Shown: positions 30,400 through 40,922, counted from the first letter of the whole stretch. The stretch is 63,653 nt of DNA, filler included, from Actinomycetota bacterium (GCA_009886115.1; 8 parts of 8 records of this genome joined end to end with filler, not necessarily neighbours in it), one strand, 5' to 3'. Translations and numbers: made by a program. Notes: generated by a model from the sequence alone, not told the origin.

Positions 30400-32907
30400 T
30401 CACGAGATGAGCCTCCGACGGCCCGTTGCGGTGCTCGCCGCCGAGCTGAGGCGTTGAGCCACCGTCTCGAGGAACTGCTGCCTGCTCCAGGGCACCCCAC
30501 CCCAGCGGACCGGCGCCCGTCCGATCTCGTCGTGTCCGACCGTGATGACAACCGACGCCACCGAACCGGGCTCCGGGCTCGGCCAGGAGTGGGTGTCGGT
30601 AAGGTCGCATCGGCTCGTCACTCGCCCGCGGGCTCGTCGGGATGCTCGGAGGCAGCCGAGCCAGCCGTCCTCGCCGCCGAGCTCGGCCCCGACCCCGGCC
30701 CAGTACGAGCTCAGCTGGGCGGCGGCCAGCAGCTGACCGTAGCGACGCCGCGAGCCCGTCCGCTCCAATATCGGCAGGCTCCTTCGAGCCAGATCGCGCA
30801 CGGCGACCCGCCGCTCGGGATCGACGAACATCGTGCGAATGAGACGCTTGTGCCCGGGTGTGAGGTCGTGCCAGCCGGCCAGGCTCAACCACGGCAGAGC
30901 CTCCGGATGGGCCCGGGCGAAGATCGCGTCGCCACGGCCTTCCCGGTAGCGGTCCTCCAACGCGTTCGGGAGGTCGACATCCGCCCGGTGGTGGACGGCC
31001 GCTGCGGGTTCTCCGACGATGTGGATGCCTGCCCTCATCACGCGGTAGCCGAGCTCCCAGTCCTCGCGGCGCGGCATGGGGAGGAACCCGCCGAGTCGAC
31101 GGAAATCGGCGGTCGACATCGAGACGTTGCCCGTACCGAAGTCTGCGAACGACAAGGGATCGGAGCTCGACAGGCGGCGGGCGTGATCGGTCCACCAGTT
31201 GCGGATCCGCAGCGCGAACAAGTCATCGGCGTCGGTCAGGACCGGGTAGCACGGTCCCACGACCGCACGTGGGCCGGCCCCGCAATGGCGGGAGGCGTGG
31301 CGCACGAGCAGCTCGTCGTCGAGCGGCTCGACATCGTCGTCGAGGAACACCATCAGATCGCCACTGGCCTGCTCTGCGCCCCGGTTGCGGGCGACGGCTG
31401 CGCCGTTGCCCTGGGAGGGGTCTCCTCCAGGCGCGTCGAGCAGCACGATCTCGCGCCGATGACGTGACGGCAGGCTCGAGACCATCGTAGCTGAACGATC
31501 GAGATCTCCGTCGAGGCTCACGACCACCTCGAGACGCCCGCCGGGATAGTGCTGGGCCTCCAGCGCGCACAGCAGCCGGTGCAGGATCTCCCTGCGAGCT
31601 CGACTCGGGATCACAACCGACATCGTCGGCAGCTCGACGCCCGCGTCGAGTCTGACTGGAGGAGACGCCGAGGCGGAGACCGTTCCGAGCTGGATCAAGT
31701 GGGCGGCGGTGAGCTCGACCGGTGCTCGGGAGCTCACGATCCTGCGAGCCTTGCGAAAGCCCGTGAACGTGTCGATGACACCTCGCGCTTCGGCCAGCGC
31801 GAGCGGCAGCGGGACGGCCCCGGGAGCGAGCATGGCCGAGCGGACGACCTTGGCGCCGAGGTAGCCCCCGATGATCCGACCCCCCTGAAAGAGGGCTGCC
31901 GGGTCGCGATGGCGAATGAGAGACGCCGCCAGAAACGAACCCAGTCCGTTGCCGTAGCCGCGTAGCGCTGATCGGAGCTCCCGCTCGGTCGCTCGGTGGG
32001 TGTGGAATGCCACCGCTGAGGGCTCGAACGCGATGCGGTAGCCCCGGCGCAGCACGTCGTAGAGCGCCCAGGTGTCGCCGCCACTGCCGGTCGGCATCCC
32101 CGCGTCGAGCTCTTCGGGGAAGCCGCCAGCCGACCGCAGGTACTGCGAGCGAAACGCCATCGAAGCGCCGGCGCCCATCGCTCCGGCCCCGTACGGGCTG
32201 CACTCGGTGCCGTCGACCACCTTGCGCTCATACCCTCGACCGAATCCCGCGTAGCGTTCGAAACGTCGCCGGGCCTCGGTGTCCATGACGGCCGGGGCCA
32301 CGAGGCCGGTCGCCGCCATCACGAGCGGGTCGTCGAAGCACCCGATGAGCGCACCGAGCCATCGGGAATCGACCTCGACGTCGTCGTCGGTGTACAGGAC
32401 CAGCTCGGTCGCCACGTGTGCGAGACCTCGATTGCGGGCCCGGTCGAGGCCCGGATCGGGCTCCCAAACGTAGGTGAAGCCGTGCTCGGCGACGATCTGC
32501 CGGATGCCGGGTTCACTCGAGCCGTTGTCGACGACGACCACCCCGTTGGGCGCCGGATGGAGGCGGGCGAGGCTCCGCAGGCACCGGTCGAGTGAGTCGG
32601 GTCGGTCGCGGGTGCACACCACGACCGTGGAGGACGGCTTCGTCGGGAACGGGCGCGATGTCCGTCGCGGGCGAAAGCGCGTCCTCGCGAGCTCGACGGT
32701 GAACCGGTCAGCCAGCTCGCGGGCCAACCACTCTCCTGGGAACGGATCGAGTGGAACCTCGAGCTTGGTCTGACCGAGTGGTTCACCGTCATAGGTGACG
32801 AGGATGTGCGCCCAGGCGGCTCCGCCGGTGGCGAGATCGGTGACGGGACGAGCCAGGTCGATCGTCCCGGTCCACCACGTGAGGGGAGTTCTGTCGTTGC
32901 GCGGCAC
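30400..32907 (-). CDS. Glycosyltransferase with two GT2 domains
   Basis: VVVCTRDRP...YTDDD...GAGASMAF and second VVIPSR...FLDDD...TGNVSM...EDWELGYR. Confidence 0.88.
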   Translation of the reverse strand: MPRNDRTPLTWWTGTIDLARPVTDLATGGAAWAHILVTYDGEPLGQTKLEVPLDPFPGEWLARELADRFTVELARTRFRPRRTSRPFPTKPSSTVVVCTRDRPDSLDRCLRSLARLHPAPNGVVVVDNGSSEPGIRQIVAEHGFTYVWEPDPGLDRARNRGLAHVATELVLYTDDDVEVDSRWLGALIGCFDDPLVMAATGLVAPAVMDTEARRRFERYAGFGRGYERKVVDGTECSPYGAGAMGAGASMAFRSQYLRSAGGFPEELDAGMPTGSGGDTWALYDVLRRGYRIAFEPSAVAFHTHRATERELRSALRGYGNGLGSFLAASLIRHRDPAALFQGGRIIGGYLGAKVVRSAMLAPGAVPLPLALAEARGVIDTFTGFRKARRIVSSRAPVELTAAHLIQLGTVSASASPPVRLDAGVELPTMSVVIPSRARREILHRLLCALEAQHYPGGRLEVVVSLDGDLDRSATMVSSLPSRHRREIVLLDAPGGDPSQGNGAAVARNRGAEQASGDLMVFLDDDVEPLDDELLVRHASRHCGAGPRAVVGPCYPVLTDADDLFALRIRNWWTDHARRLSSSDPLSFADFGTGNVSMSTADFRRLGGFLPMPRREDWELGYRVMRAGIHIVGEPAAAVHHRADVDLPNALEDRYREGRGDAIFARAHPEALPWLSLAGWHDLTPGHKRLIRTMFVDPERRVAVRDLARRSLPILERTGSRRRYGQLLAAAQLSSYWAGVGAELGGEDGWLGCLRASRRARGRVTSRCDLTDTHSWPSPEPGSVASVVITVGHDEIGRAPVRWGGVPWSRQQFLETVAQRLSSAASTATGRRRLIS

Positions 32908-33011
32908 ATGCGAATTATGACCGGCTTGACCGACCACGATTTCCGGGATTGGACATAAGGGACGGACGGCTCGAAAGCGACGGTGCCCTTCTGGGCTTCC
33001 GTCGGCCGTCC

Positions 33012-34823
33012 TCAGCCGGCGGCTTCGACCATCATGAGGACGTCGCCGCCGCCCACGGTGTCGCCGGGCTTGACCCTGATCTCGGTGACCACGCCGGCGA
33101 TCTCGGCCTTGATGGAGTTCTCCATCTTCATGGCCTCGAGCACCAGCAGGGTGTCGTCGACAGCGACCGTGGCGCCGATCTCCACGTTGACCTTCACGAT
33201 CGTGCCCTGCATGGGCGCGGTGACCGTGCCCGAGCCGCCGCCCGACGCGCCCGCGCCGGCCCGGGTCCGGGGCCGCTTGGCGCCGGCTGTGCCCGCGCCG
33301 GCCGATCCCGCGCCGGCTGAGGCAACGACGACCGGCATGTCGGGGAGCCAGACGCGCACGGCGAAGCGCTTGCCGTCGACCTCGACGGGCACGGTGCGCT
33401 CGACGAGAGCGACCGGGTCGCTTCCGTCGGCTGAAGGTGAGCTCAAGGGCGGGGCAGCCGAAGGAACGGCGAACGCGTCGTAGCCGATCTCGTCCTCGAC
33501 CCAGCGGGTGGAGTGCGTCGACGCGATGAAGTCGGGCGTCGCCAGCACCAGGTTGTGCGCCGGGATCGTGGTGTGCACGCCCTCGATCTCGTACTCCGCC
33601 AAGGCCCGGATCATGCGCAGGCGCGCTTCTTCACGGGTCGCGCCCCAGACGACGAGCTTGGCGATGAGGTTGTCGTAGTACTGCGAGATGGTGTCGCCGG
33701 CCTCGTAGCCACCGTCGACGCGCACGCCGTACCCCGACGGAGCCCGATAGCGCGTGAGCGTGCCCGGTGTGGGGGCGAACTTCCGGGCCGGGTCCTCGGC
33801 GTTGATTCGGCACTGGATGGCGTGGCCGCGCCGCACGATCGAGTCCTGGGTGAACGACAACGGCTCGCCCATGGCCACGCGGATCTGCTCGGCCACGAGG
33901 TCGATGCCCACGCACATCTCGGTGACGCAGTGCTCGACCTGCAGGCGGGTGTTCATCTCCAGGAAGAAGAACTCGCCGTTCTCGTAGAGCATCTCGACGG
34001 TGCCGGCGTTGACGTACCCGCAGCCGAGCGCGGCCTTGACCGCCGCCTCGCCCATGGCCTGGCGGGTCTCCTCGGTGATGCCGGCGGCGGGGGATTCCTC
34101 GATGAGCTTCTGGTGGCGGCGCTGGGTCGAGCAGTCGCGCTCGCCGAGCCACACGGCGTTGCCATGCGAGTCGCAGAACACCTGGATCTCGATGTGGCGG
34201 GGCCGGGCCAGGTACCGCTCGACGTAGATCTCGGGACGGCCGAAGTAGTTCTGGGCCTCGCGCTGCGCTGCGGCCATCGCCGGTTCGAGCTCGTCGGCCG
34301 AGAACACGACCTTCATCCCGCGTCCGCCACCGCCGTACGCGGCCTTGATGGCGACGGGGTATCCGTGGGTGGCGGCGAAGGCGGCGATGACGGCGGGGTC
34401 GGTGATCGAGTCGTTGATGCCGGGCACGCCGAGGACGCCTGCCTCGTCGGCGGCGAGGCGCGACGAGATCTTGTCGCCCATGATCGTGATGGCCGATGGC
34501 GGCGGACCGATCCAGGCCACCCCGGGCAGGTCGATGATGGCCTGGGCGAATTCGGCGTTCTCGGAGAAGAAGCCGTAGCCCGGATGCACGGCCTGGGCGC
34601 CCGACCGTTCGATCACCTCGAGGATCCGCGGCGTGTTGAGGTAGCTGTCGGCCGGCTTCTCGCCGCCGATCGCGTAGGCCTCGTCGGCGTAGCGCACGTG
34701 GTACGCCTCGCGGTCGACATCGGAGTAGACGGCGACCGTCCCGATGCCGAGCTCCTTGCAGGTGCGCATGACACGAACCGCGATCTCTCCGCGGTTCGCG
34801 ACCAGGATCTTGCTCGGCAACAT
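33012..34823 (-). CDS. accA: Acyl-CoA carboxylase alpha subunit (biotin carboxylase + BCCP)
   Basis: KILVANRGEIA, HPGYGF, EMNTRLQVEH, EAMKM biotin site. Confidence 0.95.
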   Translation of the reverse strand: MLPSKILVANRGEIAVRVMRTCKELGIGTVAVYSDVDREAYHVRYADEAYAIGGEKPADSYLNTPRILEVIERSGAQAVHPGYGFFSENAEFAQAIIDLPGVAWIGPPPSAITIMGDKISSRLAADEAGVLGVPGINDSITDPAVIAAFAATHGYPVAIKAAYGGGGRGMKVVFSADELEPAMAAAQREAQNYFGRPEIYVERYLARPRHIEIQVFCDSHGNAVWLGERDCSTQRRHQKLIEESPAAGITEETRQAMGEAAVKAALGCGYVNAGTVEMLYENGEFFFLEMNTRLQVEHCVTEMCVGIDLVAEQIRVAMGEPLSFTQDSIVRRGHAIQCRINAEDPARKFAPTPGTLTRYRAPSGYGVRVDGGYEAGDTISQYYDNLIAKLVVWGATREEARLRMIRALAEYEIEGVHTTIPAHNLVLATPDFIASTHSTRWVEDEIGYDAFAVPSAAPPLSSPSADGSDPVALVERTVPVEVDGKRFAVRVWLPDMPVVVASAGAGSAGAGTAGAKRPRTRAGAGASGGGSGTVTAPMQGTIVKVNVEIGATVAVDDTLLVLEAMKMENSIKAEIAGVVTEIRVKPGDTVGGGDVLMMVEAAG

Positions 34824-34912
34824 GCCGGTGTCTCCCCCGATGGTGCTGGAGCGCCCGGGACCGGTGGTCTCGGGGCGGATGCCGACGGAACGGGCTCCGT
34901 ATCCTACGGGGG

Positions 34913-35755
34913 ATGGACACGAGCGACCTGAACCAACGCCTCGACGGGACCCGATTCCACGATGTGCGCTGGTTCGGCGAGATCGACTCGACCAACCGGT
35001 GGCTGCTCGACGAGGCCCGGCTTGGAGCGCCCGAGGGGGTCGTGGCCGTCGCCGATCACCAGAGCGCGGGACGTGGCAGGCGCGATCGCTCGTGGCTGGC
35101 CCCTTCGGGCTCGGCCCTGCTCGTGTCGGTACTGCTCCGCCCGGCGCTGCCGCCCGACGTGGTTCCGCTCCTCACGATCGCCGGCGGCTTGGCCGCCTGC
35201 GAGGCAGTGGCGGCCGAGACCGGGGTGCGCCCTGGCCTCAAGTGGCCCAACGATGTCGTGTGGGGGAGCGACGGACCCGCTGGGTCCGCTGGGTTCGGTG
35301 GGTTCGGTGGGTCCGGTGGGTCCGGGCCCGGTGGGTCCGAGCGCAAGCTTGCCGGACTGCTCGCCGAGACCGATGCGGCCGGAGCCGTGGTTCTCGGGAT
35401 GGGTCTCAACCTGGCCGGCGCCGGGGTGGCGCCTGAGGTGCGCAGCCTGGCGGTGGCGCTCGATGAGCTCGAAGGTCGACCGTCGACACGCGAGCGGCTC
35501 TTGGTGGCCTGGCTCTTCCGCCTGGAGGCCCGGATCGCGCTGCTCGGGCTGCTCGGCGGCCCGGTGGAGCTGTTGGCCAACTATCGGGACGCCTGCGTGA
35601 CCATCGGGCGTCGGGTCCGGGTCGAGCTGGCCGGGCGGGAGCCTGTCGAAGGCACGGCGGTGGCCGTGGGCAGCGACGGGAGGCTCGTCGTGGAGCTCGC
35701 TCCGAACGGCCCCACGGTGACGGTGACCGCCGGAGATGTGGTGCACCTCCGCTGA
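34913..35755 (+). CDS. birA: Biotin--[acetyl-CoA-carboxylase] ligase
   Basis: DSTN, QSAGRGRRDRSW, KWPND, RKLAGLLAE. Confidence 0.95.
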   Translation: MDTSDLNQRLDGTRFHDVRWFGEIDSTNRWLLDEARLGAPEGVVAVADHQSAGRGRRDRSWLAPSGSALLVSVLLRPALPPDVVPLLTIAGGLAACEAVAAETGVRPGLKWPNDVVWGSDGPAGSAGFGGFGGSGGSGPGGSERKLAGLLAETDAAGAVVLGMGLNLAGAGVAPEVRSLAVALDELEGRPSTRERLLVAWLFRLEARIALLGLLGGPVELLANYRDACVTIGRRVRVELAGREPVEGTAVAVGSDGRLVVELAPNGPTVTVTAGDVVHLR

Positions 35756-35772
35756 GACCGCCGACCTCCCGC

Positions 35773-35820
35773 CAACTGTCAGCGTGGCGGGCCGGATACG
35801 GCCCCCCACGCTGACAGTTG
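35773..35820. repeat. 48-nt palindrome with 15-bp perfect arms (REP-like or terminator)
   Basis: CAACTGTCAGCGTGG...CCACGCTGACAGTTG, 17 nt after the birA stop. Confidence 0.85.
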
Positions 35821-36087
35821 CGGAACGGGACGCTGCGCTACCGGGCTCCCCGGCGGGCGCGGTACTCNNNNNNNNNNNNNNNNNNNNNNNNNNNNNNNNN
35901 NNNNNNNNNNNTTAATTAATTAANNNNNNNNNNNNNNNNNNNNNNNNNNNNNNNNNNNNNNNNNNNNACTGCGACGTGATCCCACCGGGTCCTACGGGTA
36001 CATACGAGATCGGCCCAGAGGGCCCATAAACTGCACCGTGACCAGGACTGACGCATCCGAGCACCACCAGGTGCGGACGAAAATCTG

Positions 36088-36134
36088 CAGGCTCACAACC
36101 CGAAGGTCGCAAGTTCAAATCTGGCCCGCCACTA
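36088..36134 (+). pseudogene. Degenerate 3' half of initiator tRNA-Met (att-like remnant)
   Basis: GGCTCACAACCCGAAGGTCGCAAGTTCAAATCTGGCCCGCCACTA resembles the fMet anticodon and T-arm; no 5' half or D-arm. Confidence 0.7.
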
Positions 36135-36243
36135 AAAAGACCATGTCAGAGGCTATCTCTGACCCGGTCTTGTCGCGTCGGTGCAACCACGCTGCAACCC
36201 GTTGCGACCCGTTGCACCTCTCCATCAGATACCGATCTATCGC

Positions 36244-36271
36244 TTGACAATATATCGGTAACTGATAGATT
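36244..36271 (+). promoter_or_regulatory. SigA-type promoter overlapping a putative PadR operator
   Basis: TTGACA-N16-TAGATT containing TATCGGT-A-ACTGATA; GTG codons follow within 10 nt (likely leaderless). Confidence 0.6.
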
Positions 36272-36643
36272 GTGGGGGTGGTGAACAACTCCGAAGCCTC
36301 CACCGATCCCCGGTCGTTCCTTCCGCTCCCGCAAGCCCAGTTCCATGTCCTTGTGGCGCTCACGGCCGGCGATCGTCACGGGTACGCCATCATGGGCGCC
36401 GTCGAGGGGTCCTCGGGCGGTGTGGTGCGCATGGGTCCAGCCACGCTCTACGGGACGCTCCACAAGCTGGTCGAGCACGATCTTGTCGAGGAGTCCGATC
36501 GACGTCCGTCCACCGACGACGACGCTCGACGCCGCTATTACCGCTTGACCGGACTCGGACGGGCCGTCTGCTGGGCAGAAGCCGATCGTCTCGCCGCGCT
36601 CGTCACGATCACCCGCTCGAACCTTGAACCGGGTCTGGCCTGA
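36272..36643 (+). CDS. PadR family regulator
   Basis: HGYAIM...MGPATLYGTLHKL...RRRYYRLTGLG; start may be 36278 or 36281. Confidence 0.92.
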   Translation: MGVVNNSEASTDPRSFLPLPQAQFHVLVALTAGDRHGYAIMGAVEGSSGGVVRMGPATLYGTLHKLVEHDLVEESDRRPSTDDDARRRYYRLTGLGRAVCWAEADRLAALVTITRSNLEPGLA

Positions 36644-36644
36644 C

Positions 36645-37238
36645 ATGAGAACCGAGTCAGCGGGTCGTGTGTACAAGAACCTCCTGCGGCTCTACCCGCG
36701 GGACTTTCGAGATCACTACGGCGATGACCTCCTGCAGATCCACACCGACCTGTCCGCCGAACTCGGTCCGCGCCGAGCATGGCGCCGGGTAACCCTCGAT
36801 CTGATCGTCACTGTCCCGCGCTATCGAATGGCGACACTCATGAAAGAACAACACACATCCACCGTCTTGACCGCGGCGATCGTCGTCATGGCATGTGTCG
36901 GCATCGCCAGCCCGTTCGCCGGTCTGTATCCCGGCGCGCTCCTGCTCCCGCTCGCGGTGCTCGTGGCGGTCACACAACGCAGCAAGTTGGCGCGCTCGAT
37001 GGACGTCACCGACTGTGATCGCCGCAGGCGGAAGCGACTGAAGGTGTCAGCGATGCTCGCCGCGTCGCTGCCGGTGATCTACCTCGTCAGCCTGCCCATC
37101 CTCGGTGACGACTGGGGCACCGACGCCGTAGTGGCATTCAGCGTGTGGTTCGCCGTTCTCATCGCCGCGGCCTGCTACTTCGTCGCCGGAATCAGCACAC
37201 CGAAATCCCCGGCCGCGACGGACTTGACAACGGGATGA
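36645..37238 (+). CDS. PadR-associated membrane protein
   Basis: LLRLYPRDFRDHYGDDL motif plus about 4 TM segments. Confidence 0.8.
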   Translation: MRTESAGRVYKNLLRLYPRDFRDHYGDDLLQIHTDLSAELGPRRAWRRVTLDLIVTVPRYRMATLMKEQHTSTVLTAAIVVMACVGIASPFAGLYPGALLLPLAVLVAVTQRSKLARSMDVTDCDRRRRKRLKVSAMLAASLPVIYLVSLPILGDDWGTDAVVAFSVWFAVLIAAACYFVAGISTPKSPAATDLTTG

Positions 37239-38482
37239 GGCGTCATCACGGGCATGTCTGGGCTCTGGCCGCGATCGTCGCACTGGCAGGGTGTGCGTCG
37301 ACCGCGGGCACCGCGTCGACGGCGGTCTCGGTCGAGCCATCAGCGTCGACCGTGGCGTCGACCTCGACGACTCGACCGGCTGCGACCTCGACGACCCAGC
37401 CGGCAACCCCGTCGACGACGCAACCGGATGCATCCTTCCCGACTGCCCTGTTCGCCGCCATCCGCGAGGACCCGGTCTCCGAGGACGTGGCGGACGAGCT
37501 CTTGGCGATCCTGAACGACAAGGCCGACGGGAGCGGAGTTGCCGCGACAGTGATGTCCGCGGACGGCACTTGGAGTGGCGCGGCGGGCAAGGCGGACGGC
37601 GTTCGAGACGTCGAGGTCGAAAGTCAGTTCGCCATCGCCAGCATCACCAAAACTGTGATCGCCGCACAGGTGATGCAGATGGTCGAGGCCGGCGAGCTGG
37701 ACCTCGACGATCCTGCCACCGATCACCTTCCGTCGGATTTGGACTTCGATTCGAACGGGGCGACCATTCGTCAGCTGCTGGGCATGCGCAGCGGGATCCC
37801 CGACTACGACGCGATCTTTGACAGTGTGGAAACCGATCGCCAGCGCCGGTGGACGCCGACGGATGTGCTGGCTCTGGTCGCCGCCGATCGCTCCCCGGCG
37901 GGCGACTTCTTCGAGTACTCGTCGACGAACTACGTGCTGCTCGGCTTGATCATCGAGCAGGTTCGAGGGCGGGTGGTGGCCGATGTGCTGCGCGACGGCG
38001 TCCTTGGCCTCGCGGGGTTGGAGCGGCTCATCTATCAACCGGACGAGGTCCCGACCGAGCCGATGGCGATGCCCGAGGGTGAGTCGAGCGCAGCGCTCGA
38101 GGAGGGCGGCGGCTACCTGCCGTCACTCGCGGGGGCAACGGCAGGCGGCCCGGCGGGCGGTATGTCATCGGACTCGCCAACCCTCGGGCGCTGGTGGCGA
38201 GCGTTCTGTGCCGGCGAGATCGTCTCCCCGGCCTCACTGACCGAGATGGCGACGTTCGATGACGGGTACGGACTCGGGCTCTACGAGATCGCCGATCTCG
38301 GGCTCCACGAGATCGCCGATCCGTACGCATCGGGGGTCGGGCACGCCGGTCAGCACATCGGGTTCGTGTCGTGGGCCGCATGCCTCCCCGCGGACGGGCT
38401 GGTCGTCGTCGTCCTCAGCAATGGTCTCATCGACATCAGCGCGATCGCCATTGCTCTGGCGGACGCGGCGCGCTCGACGTGA
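37235..38482 (+). CDS. Serine hydrolase (class C beta-lactamase/DD-peptidase fold) lipoprotein
   Basis: LAGC lipobox, SITK (SxxK), YSSTNY, GHAG; ATGA overlap with upstream gene. Confidence 0.88.
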   Translation: MRRHHGHVWALAAIVALAGCASTAGTASTAVSVEPSASTVASTSTTRPAATSTTQPATPSTTQPDASFPTALFAAIREDPVSEDVADELLAILNDKADGSGVAATVMSADGTWSGAAGKADGVRDVEVESQFAIASITKTVIAAQVMQMVEAGELDLDDPATDHLPSDLDFDSNGATIRQLLGMRSGIPDYDAIFDSVETDRQRRWTPTDVLALVAADRSPAGDFFEYSSTNYVLLGLIIEQVRGRVVADVLRDGVLGLAGLERLIYQPDEVPTEPMAMPEGESSAALEEGGGYLPSLAGATAGGPAGGMSSDSPTLGRWWRAFCAGEIVSPASLTEMATFDDGYGLGLYEIADLGLHEIADPYASGVGHAGQHIGFVSWAACLPADGLVVVVLSNGLIDISAIAIALADAARST

Positions 38483-39071
38483 CGAAAGTAGCTGTGCAGG
38501 GGGCAGAGAACCGCGTGCGGTCCGCCTCGATCTGCCGGTCGGCTTCGCGGAGCTTGGCCTGCAACCTGGCCCGCTTCCGACCTTCACGCAGCCGGTGACG
38601 CCACCACAGCACCACAGCCCACACGCAGAGCACACCGAACATCACGGCGAGGTTGAGCAACAGGCTCCACAACCTGTCGAAAGATCCTGCAACCAAAGAG
38701 CATGCCTGGACCGTGCCCCGGGCGGCGAACACAGCCGCACCTTCCCTGCACACCGACCTTCAGCCGCGGCGTCTGCCTTTGGTCGCCGCTCAGAGTGCAC
38801 TTCGAGGTCGGAAACGTGGCCGCTGACCTGGCCGTTGGACTTGCCTTCCCGGACAAGGTCCCGGCGAAGCTGAAGGGCGCGGTCCAGGTCGCGTGAAGCA
38901 CGACGTCGATCTCGTCGCTGACCTCACCGCCCTCGACAACGACAAGTCGCGCCGCTGCGGCTTCGCCGTCTCGCCGACGCCCGCGATCCACGTGACGTTC
39001 GGCCCGGTGTGCGTCTGGTGGCCGGCAACCCAAGCGCGTCAGCCGTCGTGCGCGTCGCCCGCGGGTGTAGG

Positions 39072-39112
39072 CCCATCCCGCCCCATCCCGCCCCATCCCG
39101 CCCCATCCCGCC
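39072..39112. repeat. 10-bp tandem repeat (CCCCATCCCG) about x4
   Basis: Read directly, just past the response-regulator stop. Confidence 0.85.
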
Positions 39113-39120
39113 CGGAATGG

Positions 39121-39777
39121 TCAACTGGCGATGCGACCTGTTTCGTAGGCCCACATGGCGATCTCGACTCGGTTCCGTGCGCCGAGCTTGTTCATCAGGC
39201 TCGCGAGGTGGGTCTTGACGGTGCTCAGGCTGATGTAGAGCTCGTCGGCGATCTCCGCGTTGGTTCGGCCCCGGGCGACGGTCACGAGGACCTCTTCCTC
39301 GCGGGCGGTGAGCGGCTCGATGGGCTGGGCCCGTGGCGTTGCGGGACGTGTGTTCGAGAACGTGGCGAGGAGTCTGGCGGTCACGCTCGGGGCGATGAGT
39401 GCGTCCCCGCGGGCGGCCGCTTGGATCGCCTGTACGAGCAGTTCGGGTCCGGCGTCTTTGAGTAGGAATCCACGCGCGCCCGCCTTGAGGGCGCCGTAGA
39501 CGTACTCGTCGAGATCGAAGGTCGTGATCACCACGACCGCCAGCGGATCGTCGACCTCAGGCCCGGCGAGCTGTCGAGTGGCTTCGATGCCGTCGATGTC
39601 GGGCATGCGGATGTCGAACAGGCACACGTCGGGTCGGAGCCGGCGGGCGAGCGCGACCGCTTCGCGCCCGTCGGCTGCCTCGCCGACGACTTCGATGTCG
39701 GGTTGGGCGTTGAGGATCATCCTGAGCCCAGTCCGGATCATCTCCTGATCGTCCGCAATGACGACTCGGATGGTCAT
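39121..39777 (-). CDS. NarL/LuxR response regulator (canonical)
   Basis: IADDQ, FDIRMP, TTFD, FLLKD, LTAREEEV HTH. Confidence 0.95.
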   Translation of the reverse strand: MTIRVVIADDQEMIRTGLRMILNAQPDIEVVGEAADGREAVALARRLRPDVCLFDIRMPDIDGIEATRQLAGPEVDDPLAVVVITTFDLDEYVYGALKAGARGFLLKDAGPELLVQAIQAAARGDALIAPSVTARLLATFSNTRPATPRAQPIEPLTAREEEVLVTVARGRTNAEIADELYISLSTVKTHLASLMNKLGARNRVEIAMWAYETGRIAS

Positions 39778-40922
39778 GAGCCACCTCGGCTTCTGGGCAG
39801 CACGGCCTGCACGGTCCATCCTCGGTTGCGGTTTGGTCCGGCCTCGAGGGTCCCGCCGAGCAGCTTTGCTCGTTCGGCCATGCCGATCAGCCCGAACCCT
39901 GATGACGCACGTGGATCGAAGGCGCCAGCGTCGCCGTCGTCGCCGACGGTGAGCCGCACGCAGTCGTCGTCACCGCGGACGGTGACTCGGATGCGGGTCG
40001 CGTGGCGTGCGTGTCGAACAGCGTTCGTGATCGCCTCCTGGGCCAGTCGGTACAGGGCGGCATCGACCGACGGCCGGAGTCTTTCGAGGTTCCCTGAAAG
40101 CTCGACGTCGACGTGGGGCCGGTCCCCGGCGCTCTTGGTGAGACGCTCGATGTCGGCGACGCCTCGCTGCGGGGCGAGGTCAGGCTCCTCGCCCTGGCGG
40201 AGCGCGCCCACCATGGCCCGCATCTCTTCGAGTGTCCGCGACGCCTCCTCCTCGATCACACCGAGAGCCTCCAGCGCGGCGGTGGGATCGGAAGCGGCGA
40301 CGACGCGTCCGGCTTGGGCGCGGATGACGATCGCCGAGACGTGATGGGCGACGGTGTCGTGGAGCTCGCGTGCCAGCTGCTCACGCTCGAGCAGCTTGAC
40401 CTGGTCCATCCCGCGCTGGCGGGCATTGTCCTGGTAGCGGACCGCGGTGCCGATCGCTGCGGCGAACAGCACCACGAGGGCACCGGCGACATGGTCACCG
40501 ACGGGAATGGGGTCGAACACGCTGAGCGCGACCGGGATGAGCACCACCGACATGCCGATCGCGACCTCACGCCCAGCGCCCCAGCGAAGGAGCGCATAGG
40601 GGAACAGGAGCACGAACACGGCGGTGCTCAGGCCCTCCCAGTAGACGCCGGCCACGAGCGACACGACCTGGACGATCGCGATCGCGCCGAACGCCATCGT
40701 CACGGCCGCGAGCGGGTGCGTCCGTCGCACGAGCAGCATGGGCACGAGCGCCACGAAAACGGCGACCGAGGGACCACGCCAGACGACGTCATCGCGCACG
40801 ACTCCCTCGACAACCGCCGAAGGCAGCAGCACCGCAACGAGCGCCCAGTCCCGCCACACCCGCGTGGGCGGGTTGGGTGATCGGGGCTCGGCCCACAACG
40901 CACGAGCCGCGTCTCGTATCAC
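39774..40922 (-). CDS. Membrane sensor histidine kinase (HisKA_3)
   Basis: LARELHDTVAHH, QEAITNAVRH, GFGLIGMAER; start approximate. Confidence 0.92.
   Translation of the reverse strand: MIRDAARALWAEPRSPNPPTRVWRDWALVAVLLPSAVVEGVVRDDVVWRGPSVAVFVALVPMLLVRRTHPLAAVTMAFGAIAIVQVVSLVAGVYWEGLSTAVFVLLFPYALLRWGAGREVAIGMSVVLIPVALSVFDPIPVGDHVAGALVVLFAAAIGTAVRYQDNARQRGMDQVKLLEREQLARELHDTVAHHVSAIVIRAQAGRVVAASDPTAALEALGVIEEEASRTLEEMRAMVGALRQGEEPDLAPQRGVADIERLTKSAGDRPHVDVELSGNLERLRPSVDAALYRLAQEAITNAVRHARHATRIRVTVRGDDDCVRLTVGDDGDAGAFDPRASSGFGLIGMAERAKLLGGTLEAGPNRNRGWTVQAVLPRSRGGS

Noticed and set aside
36088..36134. Functional tRNA with CAC anticodon
   Set aside because: Only the 3' half is present, the T-stem is mismatched, and there is no CCA end or acceptor pairing
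38436..39060. Short ORFs between the serine hydrolase and the response regulator
   Set aside because: Possibly gene debris (one TM-like stretch), but no recognisable family; cannot support a call
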